DNA from: Patescibacteria group bacterium | GTDB taxonomy: Bacteria; Patescibacteriota; Patescibacteriia; Magasanikbacterales; UBA922 | DNA length: 64,000 nt | Assembly (NCBI GenBank): GCA_028687045.1 | Contig: JAQUAW010000001.1 | Span: 2,034 to 66,033, forward strand | Direction of reading: 5' to 3' | Part shown: positions 1 to 8,988 of the stretch, one piece after another | Position numbering within the stretch: position 1 is the stretch's first letter | Layout: each line of letters opens with the position of its first letter | Position numbers and translations under genes: made by a program | The notes under the pieces: model-generated | The model's database searches: none | What the model was told of the DNA's origin: nothing | What the model saw: the letters and a program-made list of their open reading frames with translations, nothing else

Positions 1-525
1 GATAAAATAAAAAACACAGAAACCTTTCCTGGGTGTTTGGCGGTGATTGATCAATTGGAAATCTTGGCAGATCAGCTTGATGATGGACCGATAATTTGTC
101 TCGATGCTATTAAAGATCCAGGTAATCTAGGTACTATTATTCGCACGGCCGATTGGTTTGGTTTCAAGAATATTTTACTTTCTGAAGACACTGTGGATGT
201 CTACAATCCCAAAACTGTGCGTAGTACTATGGGTTCAATTTTTCATTTGAAGATTGCAAAAACCAGTAATCTTTTAAAAACTCTAGAAAAGCTCAAAAAA
301 GAGTCTGAATACAAAATTTACTCACTAGATTTGAAAGGGGAGAGTCACAAAAAAATGAAATATGAAGAAAAAGTTGTCTATATTTTTGGTAGTGAATCTC
401 AAGGAATTAGAGAAGGTCTTGAAAAAATAGTCGATAAGAGCTATAATATAGCAGGTCAAGGTCAAGCTGAATCACTCAATGTGGCAATTTCAGCTGCTAT
501 TGTAATGGCTAATTTATCATCCTAA
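1..525 (+). CDS. TrmH/SpoU family RNA methyltransferase (5'-partial)
   Basis: Motifs DPGNLGTIIRTADWFG, FGSESQG, ESLNVA; frame is open from position 1. Confidence 0.9.
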   Translation, partial: DKIKNTETFPGCLAVIDQLEILADQLDDGPIICLDAIKDPGNLGTIIRTADWFGFKNILLSEDTVDVYNPKTVRSTMGSIFHLKIAKTSNLLKTLEKLKKESEYKIYSLDLKGESHKKMKYEEKVVYIFGSESQGIREGLEKIVDKSYNIAGQGQAESLNVAISAAIVMANLSS

Positions 526-675
526 GTCGAGAATACGACGAGGGATCTGTAGACTCTGATAACCTTCTTAATCTATTTAGCAACATCTTTTAGAATCAAT
601 TAATGATTTATTAAACAAAAACATTTATACTTAAGAAAGATCCCATGTCGAGCTTCGCCGACTTTGGGATTGTGA
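516..675. repeat. GIY-YIG-associated REP-like element, two inverted arms
   Basis: Arms ATCATCCTAAGTCGAGAATACGACGAGGGATCT and AGATCCCATGTCGAGCTTCGCCGACTTTGGGATTGTGA; the whole unit is a diverged reverse complement of 15260-15413. Confidence 0.85.
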
Positions 676-681
676 GAACAT

Positions 682-2139
682 ATGATAAGAACACGTTTTG
701 CACCAAGTCCAACAGGCTATTTACATATTGGTAGTTTGCGTACAGCTCTTTATGCTTATCTTTTTGCACGCAAACATGATGGTAAGTTTTTGCTTCGTAT
801 TGAAGACACTGACCAAGGACGTTTTGTAGAAGGATCTCTTGAAAATATTCTTGAATCATTTGCTTGGACTCACGTTACAATAGATGAAGGAGTCGTTTTG
901 GAAAATGGAGAAATCAAACAAAAAGGTGATAAAGGTCCTTATATTCAATCCGAAAGATTGGAAATTTATCAAAAATATATCAAAGTTTTATTAGAAAAAA
1001 ATGATGCTTATCACTGTTTTTGTAGCAAAGAAAGATTGGACGAAATGCGTAAACAACAAGAAGAAAATAAACTTGCTACAGGTTATGATGGACATTGTCG
1101 TAATTTGACTAAAGAAGAAGTGGATGCAAAACTAGAAAATAAAGAAAGTTTTGTAATTAGAATGAAAATGCCAAAGGAAGGTGTGACTGTAATTGACGAT
1201 ATGGTGCGTGGCCGTGTGGAATTTCAAAACAAGTTAATTGACGATCAAGTTTTGATTAAAGCAGATGGATTTCCAACTTATCATTTTGCGGTAGTAGTAG
1301 ATGATCACTTGATGGAAATTAGTCATGCTATTCGTGCTGAAGAGTGGTTGGCTAGTACTCCAAAACATATTGTGCTTTATAATATGTTTGGTTGGGAAAC
1401 TCCAAAATTTGCTCATTTATCATTGCTCATCAATGAAAAGAAACAAAAACTTTCCAAACGTCATGGTGACGTATCGGTGATTGATTATGTCAAAAAAGGT
1501 TATTTACCTGAGGCTTTTGTTAATTTTATTGCTTTTTTGGGTTGGAATCCAGGTGATGATAGAGAATTTTTTACTTTGGAAGAATTAGAAAAAGAATTTG
1601 ATTTTGCCAAAGTTGGTAAGGCTGCTGCAGTATTTAATATTGAAAAACTAAATTGGTACAACAAACAATATATAATGAAAATGTCGAAAGAAGAATTGGC
1701 TAAAAGATGTGAAAGTTTTTTTCAAGAAAAAAGTGTAGATGTTAGTAGTTTTGATTTAGCAAAAATTGTTGCTTTGGAACAGGGGAGAGCCAATACTTTA
1801 TTTGAAATAGTAGAGAATACTTCCTTTATTTTTGCTTTGCCAGAGTATGAATCGTCTATGCTTGTCTGGAAAAAATCTGATAAAGAAACAACAAAAGTTA
1901 ATTTACAAAAGACTATTGAATTTTTAGAAAATATAACAGGGGAGTGGACACGTGAAAATCTGGAATCTTCTATGCTTACTTGGATAAAAGAGCAAGGATT
2001 AGGTAATGGTGATGTTTTGTGGCCAATGCGTGTTAGTTTGTCTGGTTTACAAAATTCTCCAGGACCTTTGGAAATTGCTGGAGTACTAGGAAAAGAAGAA
2101 ACTTTGACTAGAATGAGACAGGCTGTAGATAAAATTTAG
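682..2139 (+). CDS. gltX: glutamate--tRNA ligase
   Basis: RTRFAPSPTGYLHIG (HIGH motif), KLSKR. Confidence 0.97.
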   Translation: MIRTRFAPSPTGYLHIGSLRTALYAYLFARKHDGKFLLRIEDTDQGRFVEGSLENILESFAWTHVTIDEGVVLENGEIKQKGDKGPYIQSERLEIYQKYIKVLLEKNDAYHCFCSKERLDEMRKQQEENKLATGYDGHCRNLTKEEVDAKLENKESFVIRMKMPKEGVTVIDDMVRGRVEFQNKLIDDQVLIKADGFPTYHFAVVVDDHLMEISHAIRAEEWLASTPKHIVLYNMFGWETPKFAHLSLLINEKKQKLSKRHGDVSVIDYVKKGYLPEAFVNFIAFLGWNPGDDREFFTLEELEKEFDFAKVGKAAAVFNIEKLNWYNKQYIMKMSKEELAKRCESFFQEKSVDVSSFDLAKIVALEQGRANTLFEIVENTSFIFALPEYESSMLVWKKSDKETTKVNLQKTIEFLENITGEWTRENLESSMLTWIKEQGLGNGDVLWPMRVSLSGLQNSPGPLEIAGVLGKEETLTRMRQAVDKI

Positions 2140-2176
2140 AATTTTTTGAGAAAACATGCTATAATAGTTTCTAACT

Positions 2177-3433
2177 ATGAAAAAGCGTGTTTTTTTATTT
2201 ATTTCTATTCTTATATCGGTTTTTTTGATAAACCCGTTTTTTGTTTTTACTGTCGATGCTACAGAAGTTGCTAGTACAAAAACAGATATTGATGAATTAA
2301 ATAAACAAATAGCTGACAAGAAAAATAAAGTAGCTGAATTAGAAAAGACGATTAAGGCTTACAAAGAAAAAATAGAACAAACAAAATTGGATTTTACGTC
2401 CTTGTCAAATCAATTATCTATTTTGGATAATTATATAGCCCAAGTAGATTTGGATATTCAATTTACACAACAAAAAATAGAACAAGCAGAGTTACAAATC
2501 AAAGAGATGTCTTTGTCAATTCAAGAAAAAGAAAGAGTAATAGCTGAACAACAAAGGCTTTTGTCTGGTCTTATCAGAACTATTCATTATGAAAATAATA
2601 AAAAGTATATAGAAGTAATGGCTGCTTATAATAGTTTTTCTGATTTTTATAATCGTGTTCATTATGTACAAAATCTTGAAAAAGATATGGGTAAAAGTGC
2701 CAAAACTGTTCGTTTAGCTAGAGAAGATTTGGAAAATAAGAAAAAACAAAAAGAAGAACAACAAAAGAGTTATCAAGAATTAAATGATAAATTGGATAAT
2801 AGAAAGAAAGATTTACAAGAACAAACACAATACAAAGAGAATTTACTTCTAAAAACAAAATCATCTCAACTTACTTTTAGTACTTTGGTAAATAATTTGA
2901 AACAACAGTATAGTCAAATTGAAAATGATATAAGTAGTATTGAAAATCAAGTTAGAAAAAGATTGGAAGAACAAAATAAAATAAATAATGGCAATCCACA
3001 GCAATCTGGTTTGTTGCCTCTTTCTTGGCCAACAGATAGTCGTTATGTGACAGCTTATTTTCATGACAAATCTTACCCTTTTAGAAATATTTTTGAACAT
3101 TCAGCTATTGATATTAGAGCTGCACATGGTACGCCTGTACGAGCATTAGCTTCTGGTTATATAGCCCGTACTACTCATTGTGCAACTTCTAGTTGTTATG
3201 CTTATGCTATGATAATCCATTCTGATGGTTTTTCGACTGTTTATGGACATTTGAGTAAAATTATAGTTTCAGAAGATCAGTTTGTGACTAGAGGTGATGT
3301 TATTGGTTATTCTGGTGCAACACCTGGTACTATTGGTGCTGGTCCTTTTACTACAGGCCCTCATTTACATTTGGAAGTACGTAAGAATGGTATTCCAGTA
3401 AATGCCTTAACTTACTTAGTTCAAGACTATTAA
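2177..3433 (+). CDS. coiled-coil M23 peptidase (EnvC/NlpD-like murein hydrolase)
   Basis: N-terminal signal/TM, long coiled coil, HxxxD (HSAID), YGHL, TGPHLHLEVR. Confidence 0.9.
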   Translation: MKKRVFLFISILISVFLINPFFVFTVDATEVASTKTDIDELNKQIADKKNKVAELEKTIKAYKEKIEQTKLDFTSLSNQLSILDNYIAQVDLDIQFTQQKIEQAELQIKEMSLSIQEKERVIAEQQRLLSGLIRTIHYENNKKYIEVMAAYNSFSDFYNRVHYVQNLEKDMGKSAKTVRLAREDLENKKKQKEEQQKSYQELNDKLDNRKKDLQEQTQYKENLLLKTKSSQLTFSTLVNNLKQQYSQIENDISSIENQVRKRLEEQNKINNGNPQQSGLLPLSWPTDSRYVTAYFHDKSYPFRNIFEHSAIDIRAAHGTPVRALASGYIARTTHCATSSCYAYAMIIHSDGFSTVYGHLSKIIVSEDQFVTRGDVIGYSGATPGTIGAGPFTTGPHLHLEVRKNGIPVNALTYLVQDY

Positions 3434-3438
3434 TTTTT

Positions 3439-3996
3439 ATGGAATTTAAAAATAAAAAAGATTTTTTTAGTGATAATGTTATATTTTTTGATACTGAATT
3501 TACCAATATTGATACAGAAATCGGTGAACTTATGTCTATAGCACTTGTAAAGCCTAATGGTGAAGAACTTTATCTAGAATTGGCTTATGATGAAAGAAGC
3601 GTGCATCCTTGGGTAACTGAGAATGTAGTACCTTACTTGTCAGGAAACAAAATCTCCAAAGAAGAAGCTCTAAATCAAATCTGGGAGTTTATTGGTAGGG
3701 GAGAAGAGAAGCCTTTTTTGATGGCTTATGTCAATCAATTTGATAGTATTTATTGGTATAGATTATTTTCAGACCCAAAAGAGCATCCTGTTTTTTGGAT
3801 ACCAATTGATTTCGCCTCTATTTTGTTTGCTTATGGTTTTGATCCTGAAATAATGAGAGTAGAGGACTTCTATCAATGGTTGGATATTGATACCAAAAAA
3901 TATAATAAACACAACGCCTTAGATGATGCTAGAAAGTTGAAAGAAGTCTATGATAAATTTAAGAGTAGGGTCCTAGTGTCGCACAATATAGAGTAG
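3439..3996 (+). CDS. DEDDh 3'-5' exoribonuclease (Rv2179c-like)
   Basis: FFDTEF, HNALDDA. Confidence 0.8.
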   Translation: MEFKNKKDFFSDNVIFFDTEFTNIDTEIGELMSIALVKPNGEELYLELAYDERSVHPWVTENVVPYLSGNKISKEEALNQIWEFIGRGEEKPFLMAYVNQFDSIYWYRLFSDPKEHPVFWIPIDFASILFAYGFDPEIMRVEDFYQWLDIDTKKYNKHNALDDARKLKEVYDKFKSRVLVSHNIE

Positions 3997-4011
3997 TAAA
4001 TTATAAAAAAT

Positions 4012-4052
4012 AAAAAGGGGAGAGATTAGTTTAATTGTCTCTTCCCTTTTTT
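4012..4052 (+). terminator. intrinsic terminator
   Basis: AAAAAGGGGAGAGA...TCTCTTCCCTTTTTT hairpin with T tract after the + strand operon. Confidence 0.7.
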
Positions 4053-4556
4053 AATTATACTTTTCTAATTTATGAATTTATAATTTTGAATTTTGAAACA
4101 ATTTTCAATTTAATAATTTTGAAAAATATTTTTGATAAATTTCAAAAAAAATTATAAAATGATATTTTATTTAAAATAAAATTTTAGATAAATAATCAAA
4201 AGTACTTGCTAGTTGGATGTTTAGAATTGGATTTCTGATTACTACAATAGTCATGGGGATTTTTTAATAAAAAAGATGATACACTATACCTTGAGAAATA
4301 AAGCCCTGTTTTGTAGTGTCGTAAAATATAGATAATAATGGCTAAGTAGAGCCAAAAAGAGGAGATTGTTGTACTACCGAGTAGGTATCTATAATAAGCT
4401 AATAATTACTATAAAATAGCTGTAAAAAAATAGAACAATTATGTATTAAATATTTTTTTGTTAATTTTAAAGTTACATAAGTATTGGATATTAATGTTAG
4501 ATGTAGGGTACTAATGGCTGATGAAACATTTAAATATTATCTTATATTATAGTAGT

Positions 4557-4584
4557 ATGTCGCATAAGGTATATTGTGCGACAT
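4557..4584. other. putative dif (Xer recombination) site at the replication terminus
   Basis: ATGTCGCATAA-GGTATA-TTGTGCGACAT, 11-6-11 layout; resembles the E. coli XerC arm and spacer (GGTGCGCATAA TGTATA); lies where gene orientation converges. Confidence 0.75.
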
Positions 4585-4744
4585 TGCTTTAAACTAGTAT
4601 AAATGCTACCCAACTATACTTTTTTGTGTCTCTTCCCTATCAATGTTTTTGTTGCAAACAAAATATATCTAATATATTATTTTACCTTAAATAAAAAATA
4701 GACAATTATATTATTGTGTCTATTTTTTTTATAAATTTGCAGCG

Positions 4745-4826
4745 ACGGTCGTGTGAAGTTTGGTATGGGTAACTAAACTTCTCACGACCGTCTATAGCGT
4801 CCCCTACTCTAGTAGAAAACGCTCTA
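4745..4826 (-). ncRNA. candidate two-hairpin small RNA
   Basis: GC-richer island with two stems (AGCGTTTT.../...GGGACGCT; GACGGTCGTG-GAAGTTT.../...AAACTTC-CACGACCGTC), upstream TTGACA/TATAAT-like boxes, downstream terminator-like hairpin about 4693-4730. Confidence 0.45.
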
Positions 4827-4864
4827 CATATTATATAACTACGTTTCTGAAATCTTGTCAACTG

Positions 4865-5683
4865 TTATTTAATTGTTGCAAAAAGTATTTTTGCGTAGTT
4901 TGGATTTGCGTTGTATAAATTGCTCATTTGTTTGATTACTCTCAAAAGAGATGGTTCAAAATCATTTACTTTTATAGTATCCCCTTCTGTTACATTGTCT
5001 AATACTGTATTTGCTACAGTTTTGACATTTTTGAATTCTCTATCTGTCAAAATCCAAAAAGCCAATTCATTTTCAATATGTCTTTTTTTGTTGTCTTGAA
5101 TAAGATAAACTTTAGGATTATTTGAAGTTTTTACCAAGTCTCCTTCTTTGACAGTATTCTCTGTTGAGGCCACAGTAGCTTCACCTATTTGTTGGCGATA
5201 TTTTGTAAGTTCAGTCAAAACCCATTGTTTAGTAATAGCATTGCCTGGGCAACTTTTTTTTGAGTAATCACGGTGAAAATGTATTTCAGAATCTGGAATA
5301 TTTAATTTTTTTAATAAAGTATTTATAGAATGTAGTGTATTCGTCTTGGTTTCTCCACACCAAACTTGGTTATCATAATCACCAACAACTTCAATACCAA
5401 TACTAAGATGATTGCCACTTCCGGCGTGAATACCATCACGACTCATATCAGAGAATAACCAAATACCATCTTCTGCCACAAAGAGATGTGGTCCTGCAGA
5501 CCAGCCTAGTCCTTCATAATAATGTTTTAAGCCTAGTACAGTGTTTTGTCCGTTCCATTCTTCTTTACTTGGACTCCAAGTATGATGGATTACTAGTTTG
5601 TTTGGGGGTAATGATCCATAATTTTTACTATTTGCGTAGCTAGTAAATTGATTACGATTTAATTTTTGATTTACAATATCCAT
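4865..5683 (-). CDS. N-acetylmuramoyl-L-alanine amidase (Amidase_2) with C-terminal surface-repeat domain
   Basis: VIHHTW, SIGIEVVG, HRD..KSCPG. Confidence 0.88.
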   Translation of the reverse strand: MDIVNQKLNRNQFTSYANSKNYGSLPPNKLVIHHTWSPSKEEWNGQNTVLGLKHYYEGLGWSAGPHLFVAEDGIWLFSDMSRDGIHAGSGNHLSIGIEVVGDYDNQVWCGETKTNTLHSINTLLKKLNIPDSEIHFHRDYSKKSCPGNAITKQWVLTELTKYRQQIGEATVASTENTVKEGDLVKTSNNPKVYLIQDNKKRHIENELAFWILTDREFKNVKTVANTVLDNVTEGDTIKVNDFEPSLLRVIKQMSNLYNANPNYAKILFATIK

Positions 5684-5719
5684 ATATATTATATTTTAAA
5701 ATTAATTTGTTTTATTTTT

Positions 5720-6751
5720 TTATTTCCAATAAATTCTATCAGAATAACGTAGATCTATATAATCCAAAAACTTATTTTCATCTTTTATTTTGTCTCTATA
5801 CAAAGCTTCTATTTTATTTATTTGAGATTTCACATCTATATCAAAACGTGTTTTCATATAAAATCCTTTGTATGTTTTTATGGTAAGATCTTGATGGTTA
5901 TCTTCAAATACAAAATATTTTAAAGGAATTTTTTCATTATTATCTAAATTTTTAAACCAAGCTATAATTGAGCTAACTTCATTTTTGTCTAAAACATTTT
6001 GATTGATAGTTACCTCTTGAAAATTATTTTTATCATAAATAATTGGATAATTACCTAAATCTTTTTTTATTGCATTTATGTCAGGTTCATGAAATCTAGC
6101 TATTACTATGGTAGTGGTAACTGTAGTACCATCATTTGTAGTCGTGGCTACATTTTTGGTAATATCTTTCCATTCATAATCACTGGTTTTACGCATTATT
6201 TCTACTATTTTTCCATCTAAATCAACATAGCTATATTCAATTCCATTATCATAGATAATAGTTGATATTTTTTCTTGAATAATAATTTCTAATTTATTAG
6301 GGAAACTTTTTTTGACTATTATTTTTTCTATAGGATATCTATCTTTTATAATATTTTTTATGTCATTAATATTGGCAATTAAATAGCTGTTTTGTTTGAT
6401 AAAACCGAATTTATTATAATTTAATATACCATTCACAGTGTCCAAAAGTTCTGTTTTGTTTATTCTTTGTATTCCTTCAATATTTATATTTTTGATAGAG
6501 AAAAATGGATGAAAAATAAATAAAGAAAATGTAAAAGATAAACTAAAAACTATAATAACTACTTTTAGATAAATATGATTATTGACTTTTTCATGTAAAA
6601 ATGGATTTTCCATTTCTTTGCCTTGCCAAGCAAAATCACGTCTTGTTTTTTTATAATTAAAAAAAGAGCTAAAAAACTTTTTGGTATTTTTTACTTTATG
6701 ATGAAACTTTCTTTGTAGTTTGTGATGATTTATGATTTTTTTGACTGACAT
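5720..6751 (-). CDS. ftsQ: cell division protein FtsQ/DivIB
   Basis: Single TM, POTRA-like FSIKNINIEG...KSFPNKLEIIIQE, C-terminal YIDLR. Confidence 0.8.
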   Translation of the reverse strand: MSVKKIINHHKLQRKFHHKVKNTKKFFSSFFNYKKTRRDFAWQGKEMENPFLHEKVNNHIYLKVVIIVFSLSFTFSLFIFHPFFSIKNINIEGIQRINKTELLDTVNGILNYNKFGFIKQNSYLIANINDIKNIIKDRYPIEKIIVKKSFPNKLEIIIQEKISTIIYDNGIEYSYVDLDGKIVEIMRKTSDYEWKDITKNVATTTNDGTTVTTTIVIARFHEPDINAIKKDLGNYPIIYDKNNFQEVTINQNVLDKNEVSSIIAWFKNLDNNEKIPLKYFVFEDNHQDLTIKTYKGFYMKTRFDIDVKSQINKIEALYRDKIKDENKFLDYIDLRYSDRIYWK

Positions 6752-6759
6752 AGAGTACG

Positions 6760-6967
6760 GTCATCCTGAGCCGACGAAGTACGGCGTAAGGATCTTTCTT
6801 AAGAAGTACTTTTTAGAAATAATTTATGCTAATTGATTCTTATGATTTTGCTAATACTACTTAAAATATAAACATAATAAATTTTCCCCTCCATATTATT
6901 CTGTTAAATATAATTTATATTTTAGAGTTTGTAGGGTCTACAGATCCATCGCTCCGCTCAGGATAAT
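6760..6967. mobile_element. REP-like element carrying a deleted GIY-YIG gene remnant
   Basis: Arms GTCATCCTGAGCCGACGAAGTACGGCGTAAGGATCT and AGATCCATCGCTCCGCTCAGGATAAT; the left arm is nearly identical to 61371-61405. Confidence 0.85.
6829..6894 (-). pseudogene. internally deleted GIY-YIG nuclease remnant (MEGKIYYVYILSSISKIIRIN*)
   Basis: Matches the N-terminus (MGGNNYYVYIMTSIS) and last residues (KIN*, AATTAG) of 61438-61728. Confidence 0.75.
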
Positions 6968-7993
6968 TTAAAATCCACGTTTTTTATTTCTGATAGTTTC
7001 AATAATCCAGTTGAACCAATATAGTGGTGAGACTATATAGTCTTGTGCTGGTAATAAATCAATTTTGAAACCACCAAAACCTTTTTTGAAATGAGTAATA
7101 CCTTTGAAAGGATGACTATCAGGCGCATCGTCAGGAGCTATACCCCAGAAGTTGTAATAGTTTAATCCCCTTCTTTTGGCTTCTTTGATAGCTTCCCATT
7201 GTAGTAAATATGATGTTGGTAATTTTTTGTCTTGAACAAGTGAAGCCCCATGTCTATAAGCTGCTGAATTTCCATAATAATAGACTACAGCAGAAGAATC
7301 TAGCGTGTTGTTGTTTGGTAAGTATGCTTTGATTATAGCGACTTCATTGTCTTTGGAAAAATTTAAAAATTCTTTTTCTACATAACTATTTGAAAAACGT
7401 ACAAAATGATGTTTTTTTGCAGTATAATCATGCAAAACATTGAATTCTTCCAAAACTTTTTTATCATTAGAAAATTCTATTTTTACATTTTCTCTTAGGC
7501 ATCTATTTATTAGATTTCGATGATTTTTGTTCATATTCATCAAAATATTTTCTTCACTATCACGCAAATCCAAAAGCCAAGTCGTTTCAGCTAATACGTG
7601 GGTAGGCGCTTTACGAAAACCTATTTCGGCATAATTTTGTTTGTTTGTTTCAGTATCTTCTATGAAAGGTGAAACACGGATAAAAGAATAATTTTCTTTT
7701 TTGGCTTTTTGTTTTAAAAAATCTAACCAAGACTGCAAAGCTTCTTTGTTATTTTCTGTTATATAAGGTCCATAAGGTACAAAAAGAAAGTTGCCACGTT
7801 TAGCATGTACACTTAATACCAAAGAACCTCCTACAAGTTCATTATTTTTATAAATACCAATAAGCCAGTACTTCTCCCCCATCAATTTATAAAACTCACC
7901 ATATTTGTAAGATTGGTTCATGAGAGTGTATTTTTGTTTTAGCAAAAATTCTTCCCAATTTTTTTTATTTTCAATTTCTTTTATTTCGTACAT
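6968..7993 (-). CDS. FemABX-family peptidoglycan bridge aminoacyltransferase
   Basis: PYGP, LLQWEAIKEAK, YNFWGI, HFKKGFGG. Confidence 0.9.
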   Translation of the reverse strand: MYEIKEIENKKNWEEFLLKQKYTLMNQSYKYGEFYKLMGEKYWLIGIYKNNELVGGSLVLSVHAKRGNFLFVPYGPYITENNKEALQSWLDFLKQKAKKENYSFIRVSPFIEDTETNKQNYAEIGFRKAPTHVLAETTWLLDLRDSEENILMNMNKNHRNLINRCLRENVKIEFSNDKKVLEEFNVLHDYTAKKHHFVRFSNSYVEKEFLNFSKDNEVAIIKAYLPNNNTLDSSAVVYYYGNSAAYRHGASLVQDKKLPTSYLLQWEAIKEAKRRGLNYYNFWGIAPDDAPDSHPFKGITHFKKGFGGFKIDLLPAQDYIVSPLYWFNWIIETIRNKKRGF

Positions 7994-7995
7994 AA

Positions 7996-8988
7996 TTATT
8001 TTTCTTTTGTACTATGACCAACAATGGTTCTTTTTCTTAGTTTTTGAATTAAAGAAAATATTTTGTATTTGAAAGGATTCAGAATTATTTCCAAAGGTTT
8101 TGGATAGCATTCTAATTTACCATTAAAACCAGCTTTAAACTTCGCTACACCATCAAGAGGATGAGATTTTTGCCAAGTATAATTATGGTGTGAATTTTTG
8201 TCAGTACTTCCCTCTTTGGCTGGCGGAGCCATTCCCCAAAAGTCATAAACTTTGCAACCAAGTTGTTTGGCTAATTTTATTATTTCAAATTGATTTAGAT
8301 AAGGTCCCATCAAGTTGCGATGACTATTGGAAGACGCACCAAATAAATAATACATTTTGTTTTCATATTTGAAAACAATAGCTGAGGATAATACATCTTC
8401 ACCAAAATAAGTTGTGAGTTGGTAAACAGTATCTAACTTCAATAATTTTTCAATATAAGTTTTGTCATGAGTTCTAATACTATTTCTCTCAGTTGTCATT
8501 TCATTCAATTTCCAATAGGTTTCTAGATTTTTTTCTTGTTTGCATACTACACCTTTTTTGATAGCTAGATTTATATTGTATCTAGTTTTGCTATGCATTT
8601 CAGATAATATTTCATTTTCAGATTTTTCTAGATCTAGTAACCAAGTACATTCTGGTTGACGATTTCTTACTTCGGTGTAACTAAAATTTTTTGTAGTGGT
8701 GCTATTCAATCTTTCAATTCGCCAAAATACAAAATTTTTTTCTTTGAAAAATTTACTTATTTCATCAAGTATTTCTTCAGAAAAAGAAACGCGAGGTACG
8801 TAAATAAATTTCAAACCAAGAGCATTGGAAGTTACTACACCTTGAAATTGTATTTTTTCATTGTCAGTTATCAATTCGTATCTAAGTAGTTGTCTGCCTG
8901 TATCTTTCAAAAATTCACCATATTCCCAAGATTGTAAAAATTCTTTTTTTAGTGTCCAATCCTCTTTTTTTAATACTTCTTTTATCAT
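7996..8988 (-). CDS. FemABX-family aminoacyltransferase
   Basis: FLQSWEYG, KTRYNI, YDFWG, FKAGFNG. Confidence 0.9.
   Translation of the reverse strand: MIKEVLKKEDWTLKKEFLQSWEYGEFLKDTGRQLLRYELITDNEKIQFQGVVTSNALGLKFIYVPRVSFSEEILDEISKFFKEKNFVFWRIERLNSTTTKNFSYTEVRNRQPECTWLLDLEKSENEILSEMHSKTRYNINLAIKKGVVCKQEKNLETYWKLNEMTTERNSIRTHDKTYIEKLLKLDTVYQLTTYFGEDVLSSAIVFKYENKMYYLFGASSNSHRNLMGPYLNQFEIIKLAKQLGCKVYDFWGMAPPAKEGSTDKNSHHNYTWQKSHPLDGVAKFKAGFNGKLECYPKPLEIILNPFKYKIFSLIQKLRKRTIVGHSTKEK

Noticed and set aside
4170-4410. Stop-free stretch of about 70 codons on the minus strand in the ter gap
   Set aside because: No start codon and no recognisable motif; plausible by chance.
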